DNA of 14,283 nucleotides from Candidatus Heimdallarchaeota archaeon (lineage in GTDB: Archaea; Asgardarchaeota; Heimdallarchaeia; JABLTI01): contig JAHLVW010000087.1 in assembly GCA_019058275.1 (NCBI GenBank), forward strand, positions 1 through 14,283, read 5' to 3'. The translations under genes were made by a program, and so were the position numbers. The notes under the pieces are model-generated. The model saw only the letters and a program-made list of their open reading frames with translations. It searched no databases and had not been told where the DNA came from. The number at the start of each line of letters is the position of its first letter. Positions within the stretch are counted from its first letter, which is position 1. Shown here piece after piece: positions 5,605 through 14,283 of this stretch.

Positions 5605-8469
5605 ATGCTTAATGATAGCAGTTTTAGTCGTACCTTACAAGAGGTTATTTCAACCCTAGGATTTGAATCCTTTACTCCCATCCAGGAATTAGCTTTTCCT
5701 AAGGTACTTGATGGTAAAAATGCTCTCATTATTAGTGCTACAGGATCAGGTAAAACTGAAGCAGCTGTTTTACCTGTTTTTGATCATCTTATTAGAGAAT
5801 GGCAATCTGGTAACCAAAAACCTGGTATAAATATTCTCTACATTACTCCTTTACGTGCTTTAAATCGTGATATTTTTAAACGTGTTATTGATGTTGGTGA
5901 AAAGCTTGGCATCAAAACTGGTATTCGCCATTCAGATACTTCTCAACATGAACGAAGAAAACAGACTCTAAACCCCCCTAATCTTCTAATAACTACCCCC
6001 GAAACTCTTGGGATCATTCTTACAGCTAAGCGTCTTGGGCAGCACCTACATAATGTTTCTTGGGTTATTGTTGATGAAATTCATGAACTTGTTGATTCCA
6101 AAAGAGGAACACAGCTTTTCCTTTCTCTTGAACGTTTGGAGCGATTTTGTGCCAATAGTTTTCAACGAATTGGTCTTTCTGCTACAGTAGGTGATCCTAA
6201 ACTAGTTGCCAATCTTCTTGTTGGTATTAATCGTGAATGTGAAATCTTAGAAGAACCTACCCTTAAACCCATCAATTTATCCATTGTTTATCCTAAACCC
6301 ACTCAAGTAGATGAAGAGCTCTCAGAGAAAATCTTCTCTAGTCCAGAAGCCACTGCTAGGGCTAGAAAAGTTATCAATGTCATTGATGAAAATGTTCACA
6401 CACTTGTTTTTACTAATACTAGGCAGTTCACTGAAATTCTTGGTAATAGAATCCGTTTGATTGGTACAGAATTCCCATATGGTGTTCATCATGGTTCTCT
6501 TTCGAAAAATATTCGTCAAGAGGCTGAAGACCGTTTCAAAGAAGGTGATCTTAAAGCCATTATTTGTACCTCTAGTCTCGAGTTAGGTATCGATATTGGT
6601 AGTGTTGATACTGTCGTTCAAATGATGTCTAGCAGAGAAATTGCTCCTTTACTTCAACGTATTGGTCGAAGTGGTCACAATATTGGTAAGACCAGTAAAG
6701 GTGTGCTAATCACTATTGATGCTGAAGATATTTTGGAAGCAGCGGTGATTGGCAGGAAAGCTCTAAAGAAAGAACTTGAAGTTCCTGAACCTCACATTCT
6801 TTCTTGGGAAGTTCTTTCCCATCAGATTACAGGTATCTTGATGGAAGATAGTCCTATTGATTTTCAAGAATTATTTTCGATTATTCAAGCTTCATATCCT
6901 TACAAAGATATTACTCGAGATAAATTACGTGAGTTACTTCAACTTATGAAAGAATTAGGCACTGTTTGGATTGAAGATGATAAGATCTCGAGAAGAAAGC
7001 AGACATTACATTACTACTTCAACAATCTTAGTCCTATTAGGGATGTAAAACGATACAAAATCTATGATGTAGCAACTAATCGTACTGTTGGTTCGCTAGA
7101 TGATGAATTTGTACAAATTTCTGGAAAGGTTGGCACTGTTTTTATTGTTAAAGGTGTTCCTTGGAAGATTCTTGCTGTTCAAGAAGATAGAGTAGAAGTT
7201 GCACCAGTTCATAACCCAATAGGGGCTATTCCTGCATGGGATGGTGAGCTTATTCCTGTTCCACTTTCTGTCGCTCAAGAGGTCGGAATGATTAGAGAGA
7301 AGATTTGGAAGAAATTCATTGAAGAAGATGATATCAATAAAGCAAAACAAGTTCTTAGGAAATACCCTATTGATAATGATTCTAAGCAAGAGATCATAAA
7401 TTATCTAAATGACCATTTCTCTAAGGATAATCCTATGCCCACCAATAATCGCATTGTCATAGAAACCATTGGAGGAGATTTAGGAATCATTCACTGCGAT
7501 TTTGGTAATAAAGTGAATCAAACCATAGGTCAGTTGATTAGTTCCTTACTGATGGCTAAATTTGCTTGTTCTGTTGGTATTCGATCTGATGCTTATCGTA
7601 TCGTTCTTAATTATCCTTACTTCATAAGGCCAGAGCATATTGAGAGTGCTATTAGGGAATTAAAAGGAGAATTTGTTGAAGAACTTCTTAGAAGAACTTT
7701 ACCACAAACTACTATGTACGAATGGAGATTTATCCATATAGCTAAGCGTTTTGGTGTCATTAAGGGTACTTGGGAGTATGGAAACTTACATCCAAGAAGA
7801 ATTGCTCGAGCTTATGATGGTACTCTTGTTGCAGAAGCAACGTTAAGTGAGCTTATTCATGATAAGTTGGATATTAAACGAACAATAGAGGTTTTAGATA
7901 GAATTCACAGTCAGGAAATTGAAATCGTATCCATTGTTAAGAAATCTGTTAAAGAAATCTCTCCTTTGGCAGAATCTGCTGTTAATCACCTAAGGTTCAC
8001 TGGTTTCATTATACCTCAAAAACCAAATCGTCAACTAGCTTTGAAAGTTCAAGAAAGGCTCGATAAAAAAGAGATTAGACTCATTTGTATGTGGTGTGCC
8101 AAGTATAATGTCATTAGTAAAGTTGGTAATGTTGATGAGAAACCTCAATGTCCTAATTGCGGTGCTCGTTATATTGCAGCTGTTTCCCCATACAATGAGA
8201 AATTAATCAAAGTTTTGAAGAAACACCTTCGAAGAGAGAAGCTTGAGCCTGATGAAAATAAAATTTTGAAACAAGGTTACAAAAGTGCTGATTTAGTTAT
8301 TGCTTCTGGTAAAAAGGCAATAATTGCTTTAGCAGCTCGTGGTATTGGTCCTTCAAGTGCTAGTAGAGTTCTAATGAAAAGTTATTCTAAGGATGATTAC
8401 GAGTTCTATTCTGAGATTATCAATGCTGAAAAGGAATACTCAAGAACCCGTCCTTTCTGGGGTGACTGA
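5605..8469 (+). CDS. lhr: Lhr-family SF2 ATP-dependent helicase with a C-terminal Cys-rich (zinc) motif
   Basis: Q motif FTPIQ, Walker A ATGSGKT, YITPLRALNRD, TTPETL, DEIH, GLSAT, HHGSLS, TSSLELGIDIG, QRIGRSGH; IPAWDGE; C-terminal CMWC...CPNC. Confidence 0.95.
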   Translation: MLNDSSFSRTLQEVISTLGFESFTPIQELAFPKVLDGKNALIISATGSGKTEAAVLPVFDHLIREWQSGNQKPGINILYITPLRALNRDIFKRVIDVGEKLGIKTGIRHSDTSQHERRKQTLNPPNLLITTPETLGIILTAKRLGQHLHNVSWVIVDEIHELVDSKRGTQLFLSLERLERFCANSFQRIGLSATVGDPKLVANLLVGINRECEILEEPTLKPINLSIVYPKPTQVDEELSEKIFSSPEATARARKVINVIDENVHTLVFTNTRQFTEILGNRIRLIGTEFPYGVHHGSLSKNIRQEAEDRFKEGDLKAIICTSSLELGIDIGSVDTVVQMMSSREIAPLLQRIGRSGHNIGKTSKGVLITIDAEDILEAAVIGRKALKKELEVPEPHILSWEVLSHQITGILMEDSPIDFQELFSIIQASYPYKDITRDKLRELLQLMKELGTVWIEDDKISRRKQTLHYYFNNLSPIRDVKRYKIYDVATNRTVGSLDDEFVQISGKVGTVFIVKGVPWKILAVQEDRVEVAPVHNPIGAIPAWDGELIPVPLSVAQEVGMIREKIWKKFIEEDDINKAKQVLRKYPIDNDSKQEIINYLNDHFSKDNPMPTNNRIVIETIGGDLGIIHCDFGNKVNQTIGQLISSLLMAKFACSVGIRSDAYRIVLNYPYFIRPEHIESAIRELKGEFVEELLRRTLPQTTMYEWRFIHIAKRFGVIKGTWEYGNLHPRRIARAYDGTLVAEATLSELIHDKLDIKRTIEVLDRIHSQEIEIVSIVKKSVKEISPLAESAVNHLRFTGFIIPQKPNRQLALKVQERLDKKEIRLICMWCAKYNVISKVGNVDEKPQCPNCGARYIAAVSPYNEKLIKVLKKHLRREKLEPDENKILKQGYKSADLVIASGKKAIIALAARGIGPSSASRVLMKSYSKDDYEFYSEIINAEKEYSRTRPFWGD

Positions 8470-8511
8470 TGTAAGAAAAGACTAATTTACTGATTCCTCA
8501 CAGGTTATTAT

Positions 8512-9129
8512 ATGGAAAACTTTGCTTGGTATCTTGTTTTTGTTGGAAGACCCAATGCTGGTAAGAGTTCTCTAATTAGCAAACTAACCCATGCAAAACC
8601 AACGATAGGTAAGAAACCCGGATCTACTCGTAAAATAATCGAATATCAACTAGCAAAGAAGTTCAAAGTTGTTGATGTTCCTGGTTGGGGTAAAATCCAT
8701 AGCAGAAGTAGTGATTACGAGGATCGAATTAAAAATGAAATAGTTTCATTTTTTGAAGAAAAACATTTTAGAATTCCTGCTTGTGTGCTTGTTATTGATG
8801 CTAAAAGTTTAGTTGACGTTTCTAAACGCTTGTCAAAGAAAGGTATAATACCAATTGATCAAGAGTTATATAATTTCTTGAAAAATATGAAAATCATCCC
8901 TATTGTTGCTATAAATAAAATTGATAAGATTTTTGAATCGGAAGTGACAACAGCTATTGATTATTTCAAAGAACTAATCGATTTTGAATCACTAAGTAAG
9001 GAATATCAAGAAGCGTTTGTTACAGTAAGTGCAAAAAGAGATACTAATCTGAATACCTTAAGAGATTTAATTCGTAAACATTTACGCAAGAATGATGTTG
9101 AGGAATTTGAGAGATATGTTAAACTATGA
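8512..9129 (+). CDS. engB: GTP-binding protein EngB/YihA
   Basis: G1 GRPNAGKSS, G2 PGSTR, G3 DVPGWG, G4 NKID, G5 SAK; 205 aa. Confidence 0.92.
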   Translation: MENFAWYLVFVGRPNAGKSSLISKLTHAKPTIGKKPGSTRKIIEYQLAKKFKVVDVPGWGKIHSRSSDYEDRIKNEIVSFFEEKHFRIPACVLVIDAKSLVDVSKRLSKKGIIPIDQELYNFLKNMKIIPIVAINKIDKIFESEVTTAIDYFKELIDFESLSKEYQEAFVTVSAKRDTNLNTLRDLIRKHLRKNDVEEFERYVKL

Positions 9130-9247
9130 TTTTCAAATATTTTGAATCTCTCCAAAATGTTTTTATTGGTTTTAAGGTTATCCGAAACAAAATTGGAAGG
9201 TAATTCCATTAATATCTTTAATTATTCGCTCATAAAAGGTCTTAACG

Positions 9248-9709
9248 ATGTCCGCTCTTAATATTCAATGGAAACTCGGAAAACCATTTGGTATTTTAGT
9301 AATTCTTGCTGGTTTTGCTCTTATAACCCAAATACCTATGATTTATCATGCACGTGAAATTCTAGAGGTTGTTAGTAGTGAATATTTAGCTGCATACATT
9401 ACCATCATAATTGCTGCAGTATTCATTATCTCCAATGCTGAAGTTGTTCTTTATGAAGCGTTACTCATTCGTTTGAGATCATATGACATTAAAGATTACA
9501 GAGCACCATTTCTATCTGCTTCAATAATCTGTGTTGTTTACTATGTCTGTTATTTCTTGACATACTCAGCACTTGTTGGATTAGAATTATTTGGTTTGCA
9601 AGATCCTGTTGCACAGTATGCTTTTTGCCAAATGATCAGTCTATTATTGATAATGGTTATATCCTTCTGGTATAATAGACGTCAAAACAAAGTAACACGA
9701 GGAGCATAA
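9248..9709 (+). CDS. Hypothetical integral membrane protein (~4 TM helices)
   Basis: Four hydrophobic stretches in 153 aa; codon style matches the neighbouring plus-strand genes. Confidence 0.75.
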   Translation: MSALNIQWKLGKPFGILVILAGFALITQIPMIYHAREILEVVSSEYLAAYITIIIAAVFIISNAEVVLYEALLIRLRSYDIKDYRAPFLSASIICVVYYVCYFLTYSALVGLELFGLQDPVAQYAFCQMISLLLIMVISFWYNRRQNKVTRGA

Positions 9710-9742
9710 TTTCTCCTTTCTTCTCATCTTTATTTTTTGTTC

Positions 9743-10876
9743 TTATGATACTGGTTTCCAAAAGATACTCAATTCATCGGCCTTCTTTGTAGCTTTGTTC
9801 CATTCTTCGGGGTAAATTCTTCGATTTATTGAACGATATTTATCATGTTTACTTAGTACCAGATACTCTGGATGATATTGGTCCATTAGATTAACTATTG
9901 CTTTAGGTATTTCTTTTGAACACCATTCAAGTATAGGGTAGGTGTCTTCCTCAACTCTTCCAGGCATTATTAGATGTCTAATTAATAATTCTCCTGATCC
10001 TTCATCATAAGCCATCTTTAAATTTCTAGTAATAATCTCTCTATACTGATTTATACCTGACATTTCTTTTGCAAACTGGTTATCCCAGAATTTAAAGTCA
10101 GGTAACCAGAAATCCATTAATTCAAGAAGCAGTTTTGTTGCTTCTAATGATTGGTATGTATTTGAATTCCATAAGATGGTAATTTTTTCATTAAACTCTT
10201 TGAGAGCAGAAATTATAGTGTGTATATTGGGAGTTGGATCGCCACCAACCAGATTGATATTTTTAGCTCCTTCTTTTCTCAATCTTTCAGCTAATAAAGC
10301 AACTTTTTTCGGAGTTACTAAAATTCCACCTGTGATTTTCTCTCGAAATTCATTGCACCATTCTTGAGATATATCATGGTTTTGACAGAAGACACATGTA
10401 AATGTACAGCCAGCAAAAAAGATGGTTCCACTTGGAACTAAAACTGATTCTTCTCCTGTATGTAGAAAAGCTGATGAAACAATTGACTCTTTACCAAGTC
10501 TGCAATAACCAAGTTTTCCCTCAGCACGATTAACTTTGCACCTTCTTTCGCAAAAATGACAGTCTTTTAGAATTTCATGAGCAATATGCTCCTTTAAGTC
10601 TAAAAATGAAAGTCCAGGAACTTCCAAGTCTTCAAAAGAGATTTCTTCTTTGTCTATCTTTTTGATCGTTTCATTGAACTTCTTTGCAGCTTTATCATGT
10701 ATTTTCCATAGCTCTTTAATTGAATCGTCGAAGGAGAAATTAGCAGATATTTTTTTGGTAATCAAATATCTAGGGATGTTTGTACCATCAAGAATACCTC
10801 GGTAACGCTTGTACCTTTTACGAATTTCTTCATTTTTCCAAACGTTTGCAGCATCAGGTCTGTAGAGAAACCACAT
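9743..10876 (-). CDS. pflX: PflX-like radical SAM protein (pyruvate formate-lyase activating enzyme-related)
   Basis: CHFCERRCKVNR...GYC cluster; GTIFFAGCTFTCVFCQNHDISQ (CxxxCxxC); NINLVGGDPTP; WNSN; DFKF; LIRHLIMPG; NLMDQYHP. Confidence 0.88.
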   Translation of the reverse strand: MWFLYRPDAANVWKNEEIRKRYKRYRGILDGTNIPRYLITKKISANFSFDDSIKELWKIHDKAAKKFNETIKKIDKEEISFEDLEVPGLSFLDLKEHIAHEILKDCHFCERRCKVNRAEGKLGYCRLGKESIVSSAFLHTGEESVLVPSGTIFFAGCTFTCVFCQNHDISQEWCNEFREKITGGILVTPKKVALLAERLRKEGAKNINLVGGDPTPNIHTIISALKEFNEKITILWNSNTYQSLEATKLLLELMDFWLPDFKFWDNQFAKEMSGINQYREIITRNLKMAYDEGSGELLIRHLIMPGRVEEDTYPILEWCSKEIPKAIVNLMDQYHPEYLVLSKHDKYRSINRRIYPEEWNKATKKADELSIFWKPVS

Positions 10877-10997
10877 TTTTTCACCCTAATAGAATATTAC
10901 TTTATCAATATTTTACTTTTCAGTATCTTTTTTGCTGTTGGAGTTATTTAATGGAAAATAAATTGAAAAAGAATCGGTTCCCCGATTCTACTATTTT

Positions 10998-12389
10998 CTA
11001 AAGAACTAAGTCTGCTAGCTCGTCTAATTTACAATCTAAAAGAAATGGATTGAATTTCTTACCTAAAACTTCAGTTAATTCCACAAGTCGTTTGTGTTTC
11101 ATAGTATTCTTTGAATATGGCCACTTATGCTCAGGTTTAGGTGTAACTCCAAATTCTTCGCATGCACTAACTAAATCTACTATAGCATCAAATACAATTT
11201 TTGGAGTTAATTCTTCGGGTCGTTTTTCACGTGAATGCATGATGATTCCTTTGATTTTCTTGTTATCCTCATAGTAAACTGATGGAGCATGACCGAATTT
11301 TATGAATGGTTCAAATGTGTATTTCCTTAGAGTATCATTGATTTTAGTAATTATTTCCTCATATCTTAGCAAGTTCTTGCCATAGATTCCATACCCTTCA
11401 AACAATGCCATTTGAAATCCTTCTGGTGGATTTCTTTTTGCCATTTTGACCCTAATATCAGCCATTCTTTCGAATTTTTTGAGATCAATTGAAGTAAAGT
11501 CAGCATTTTCGATATTTTCACAAATATCTTTTATTTTACCATCGAATTCTGTTGGGTATTTTAAAATAAACATAGGAGGATGTGTTTCTCCAGAGATGTC
11601 AGGATGTCTTGCTTCTACGATTGTTTCTCCATAGGTTAATGGAATGTCTAATTCTATTAACTCGTAAATTATTTTACCAAAATTATTTAGATTATTGGCA
11701 TGAATAACTGCATAGTTTTCCTTTCCTGCTTCTGGCAAGGGTTTTATATCTACTTTAATCTTAGAGATAAAACCTAGTACTCCATGAGAACCAGCAATGT
11801 CAAGAAGCGTGAAGTCTTTTTCTTTTAGTTGTTTTTCTAATTTCCTGTCTGAACAAGTGATTTTTGCTTTATTGACATCATTATCAATTTTCTCCACGAC
11901 AATCAAATTATTGTCATAATCAAAGAATTCTACTTCCTGTATATTATCAACCATTGTTCCAGCTAGCCAAGCATCATTTCCTCCACCATCAGTGCTTATA
12001 ATACCGCCTAAAGTTGCTATGTCTCTGCTTGATGGAGCTACGAAAAACTTCCAATTTGGTTTTACTTGTTGAATTTCATAATTAAGCTCATCTGGTGTTA
12101 ATCCTGGTTCAACCACCACATATCCTTCTTCAAAATTCAATTCATGAATTTTCTTTAACCTCATTGAACTAATGACTACCTTTTCTCGAGAAGCACCAGT
12201 ACAAGCTCCGCTCATACCAGAACCTCCGCCTTTACTTGTGATTGGTAAATCGTTCTCTTTTGCAAAGTCAATTGCCATTTTGAGTTCTATATCATTTCTT
12301 GGCATGAAAACTTCAACATTTGTTTCAGGGTCAATTTTTTGGAAGATTGAAGCATTTGCACCAATAATATATCGATTTAATTTTTCCAT
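10998..12389 (-). CDS. FAD-binding oxidoreductase, GlcD/D-lactate dehydrogenase-like (VAO/PCMH fold)
   Basis: KGGGSGMSGA, VVVEPG, PSSRDIATLGGIISTDGGG, GSHGVLGFI, C-terminal PEH. Strong RBS GGAGGAGG and a 1-nt TAATG overlap with the upstream gene. Confidence 0.88.
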   Translation of the reverse strand: MEKLNRYIIGANASIFQKIDPETNVEVFMPRNDIELKMAIDFAKENDLPITSKGGGSGMSGACTGASREKVVISSMRLKKIHELNFEEGYVVVEPGLTPDELNYEIQQVKPNWKFFVAPSSRDIATLGGIISTDGGGNDAWLAGTMVDNIQEVEFFDYDNNLIVVEKIDNDVNKAKITCSDRKLEKQLKEKDFTLLDIAGSHGVLGFISKIKVDIKPLPEAGKENYAVIHANNLNNFGKIIYELIELDIPLTYGETIVEARHPDISGETHPPMFILKYPTEFDGKIKDICENIENADFTSIDLKKFERMADIRVKMAKRNPPEGFQMALFEGYGIYGKNLLRYEEIITKINDTLRKYTFEPFIKFGHAPSVYYEDNKKIKGIIMHSREKRPEELTPKIVFDAIVDLVSACEEFGVTPKPEHKWPYSKNTMKHKRLVELTEVLGKKFNPFLLDCKLDELADLVL

Positions 12390-13522
12390 TATTTATCCTC
12401 CTCCAAATTTAGTGCTTTTACAAGATATTCTGTTATATCCCAGGTGGTAACGCCACTTTGTTCGTATTGCTCCAAACAAGATGGACAGCAAGTTATTACA
12501 CATGTGTCTTCTTTCTCGAGGTTTTCTTTTTCAATTCGCTGATCCATTATTTCTTGAGCAATTCCTTCATCAGTTACTCGAAGCATTCCTCCACCTCCGC
12601 AACATGAAGGTTCCATTTCGATGACTTCTACACCCATTTTCTTTAGCAACGAACGTGGTGCAGTAGTAACTTCACTGTTACGGAACAGTTCACAAGGATC
12701 ATGATATTTTAGTTTGATATTCAACTTATTAGGAACTGATTCTATCTTTTCATCAAAGTATTCAGTCATGTGTAATATTTTTACTGAAGGATCAATTTTA
12801 TGATGATCAATTAATGCTTCCAAGCACCCAGGACAATCTGTCACAATTGTTGTTGTTTTTGCTTTGTGAATAACTTCTGTATTATGTTCTCTTAGTTTAT
12901 CAGCTTCTTCTTCTTTACCTAAGAGATCAAGAGGATGACCACAGCAATATTCTTCACCACCTAATATGATGAAATTCTCATCAAGATGCTCCATTACTTT
13001 CAAAATTGATTTCAAAACGTTAACATGTCTATTTCTAAAGGACATTAAGCAACCAACAAACAAAATCGTATCACCAGTCATTCCATCACTATAGATACGA
13101 TCATCGATGTCAGGAAAATCATCATATAACTCCATAGTCCAAGTTTCAGCACGCATCTCATTATCTAAACCATAAACGTTCATTTCATCGCTAATATTTT
13201 CACCAATTTGCACCAACTTTGGAAAATCGTTAACAGAAGCTTTTCTTTCTTCCCTAAAGATATCAGTCAGCTTTACTTCTGAAGTACAAATTTCTACACA
13301 TCGACCACAAACAGCACAAGTAAAAATAGTCTTTGAGTATTCCTTAGCAAGTTCGTCATCAAATTTCTCGGGATATGCATCTTTCAATTTTAGGTAATAG
13401 AGTTTTCCTCTTGGTGAAAAACTTTCATTAAGAGTAGCTCTATATATTGGGCAAGTCAAAATGCAAGAGCCACATTGAACACATTTTTTTAATAATTCAT
13501 CTACTTCAGTTTTGGAAGTCAT
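12389..13522 (-). CDS. (Fe-S)-binding oxidoreductase subunit, GlcF/GlpC/HdrD-like (2x[4Fe-4S] plus two CCG domains)
   Basis: CVQCGSCILTCP and CAVCGRCVEIC ferredoxin motifs; CCG domains GC...CCGHP...CPGC and YHDPC...CCGGGG...CPSC; translationally coupled to the FAD subunit. Confidence 0.9.
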   Translation of the reverse strand: MTSKTEVDELLKKCVQCGSCILTCPIYRATLNESFSPRGKLYYLKLKDAYPEKFDDELAKEYSKTIFTCAVCGRCVEICTSEVKLTDIFREERKASVNDFPKLVQIGENISDEMNVYGLDNEMRAETWTMELYDDFPDIDDRIYSDGMTGDTILFVGCLMSFRNRHVNVLKSILKVMEHLDENFIILGGEEYCCGHPLDLLGKEEEADKLREHNTEVIHKAKTTTIVTDCPGCLEALIDHHKIDPSVKILHMTEYFDEKIESVPNKLNIKLKYHDPCELFRNSEVTTAPRSLLKKMGVEVIEMEPSCCGGGGMLRVTDEGIAQEIMDQRIEKENLEKEDTCVITCCPSCLEQYEQSGVTTWDITEYLVKALNLEEDK

Positions 13523-13749
13523 AGGTATATTATCCTTCCATGATTTTTACTTCTAGAGTTTAAGCAAACAAATACAATTAATAAAGTTAATCTTAGTTTT
13601 AAATCTTCAGCAAAACAAACGAAAAACTATTTTGCTATATTTATTTATTGAAGTTTTTACTTATTTTTGCCGCTTTAAAATTAATTAAAAAGTGAGAAGT
13701 ATCTATTCTACTACCACAATTTACTAAATTAAGGGTGGTTAGAGTCATC

Positions 13750-14283
13750 TTGACTCCCCAGGAGATAGAAGAAACCAAATTAACTGAAAATTTCTACAAT
13801 GCTATGAGAGGATTCATTGTAATTGAAGAATCTGGGTTACCTAAGTATATTGAATTTCTTACTGAGGAAAAAATAGATGTTATTCTATTAGCTGGCGTAT
13901 TATCAGGTTTGCAATCTCTTGCTGAGGTTATTAGTGAAGAAAAAATCAGAACAATTGAAACTAGTAATTCAAAATTTATTTTTAAAATTAGAAAGAATTT
14001 CTTTTATGTTCTCTGGATAGAAAAAAGAATTGAAAACATAGATTTATATGAACCAATTATCATGAAAATTATCTCAAGATTTGAGGGTGCTAGCAGTGAT
14101 GATATTGAAAATTCTTTATTGATTTCAAATCTTACTGAAACACCTGATTATGAAAAGTTCGGACAACGAATCACTAAATTTAGATCAATGGATGCAAAAT
14201 ATACTGAAGCTTACAAGAAACTGCTAGAAGAAACTTCAAGTAGTGATGAAGCTAAACGATTTGCAGAAGAGCTCTCGGGAATC
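13750..14283 (+). CDS. Longin-like domain protein (partial, runs off the right edge; not in ORF track)
   Basis: 178 codons open from TTG 13750 (GGGTGG upstream; alternative ATG 13804): ...MRGFIVIEESGLPKYIEFLTEEKIDVILLAGVLSGLQSLAEVISEEKIRTIETSNSKFIFKIRKNFFYVLWIEK... This fits the beta-beta-alpha-beta-beta-beta-alpha longin pattern (I..SGLP.Y; D..LL.G.LS...S) typical of Asgard proteins. Confidence 0.7.
   Translation, partial: MTPQEIEETKLTENFYNAMRGFIVIEESGLPKYIEFLTEEKIDVILLAGVLSGLQSLAEVISEEKIRTIETSNSKFIFKIRKNFFYVLWIEKRIENIDLYEPIIMKIISRFEGASSDDIENSLLISNLTETPDYEKFGQRITKFRSMDAKYTEAYKKLLEETSSSDEAKRFAEELSGI

Noticed and set aside
5605-8469. Lhr as an ancillary helicase of the RAMP module
   Set aside because: It is 4 kb away, on the opposite strand and grouped with engB in housekeeping context; Lhr is widespread in archaea.
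691-12450. Short track ORFs 691-909, 742-924, 1027-1281, 1662-1895, 3568-3795, 4524-4706, 6008-6190, 6322-6519, 7096-7389, 9006-9209, 10176-10367, 10780-11001, 11050-11274, 11446-11634, 12172-12450
   Set aside because: Antisense or out-of-frame shadows of better-supported genes, with no recognisable motifs.

Overview
AT-rich archaeal DNA, most likely from an Asgard (Heimdall/Loki-like) genome. This is inferred from a longin-like gene, archaeal-type Lhr/EngB/PflX and LVIVD/PRC-barrel genes. The right two-thirds (5605-14283) is intact housekeeping DNA: Lhr helicase, EngB GTPase, a 4-TM protein, PflX radical SAM, a GlcF-like/GlcD-like dehydrogenase pair and a partial longin-like gene. The left third (1-~5450) is a patchy, partly decayed accessory region. 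Its most notable element is a compact CRISPR-related module: a Cas7-like RAMP gene (453-1205, -) overlapping a Cas5-like RAMP gene missed by the ORF track (459 to <1, -) that appears to run into an HD domain at the window edge. Upstream lies a two-repeat, one-spacer mini-array (exact 29-nt repeats at 1497-1525 and 1562-1590, 36-nt spacer). Also absent from the ORF track are a 43-aa CPHC...CPHC zinc finger, a gene split by one in-frame TGA in a C-x-x-TGA context, a GC-rich candidate structured RNA and the full extent of an LVIVD pseudogene. All family calls come from motif reading only; no searches were run.
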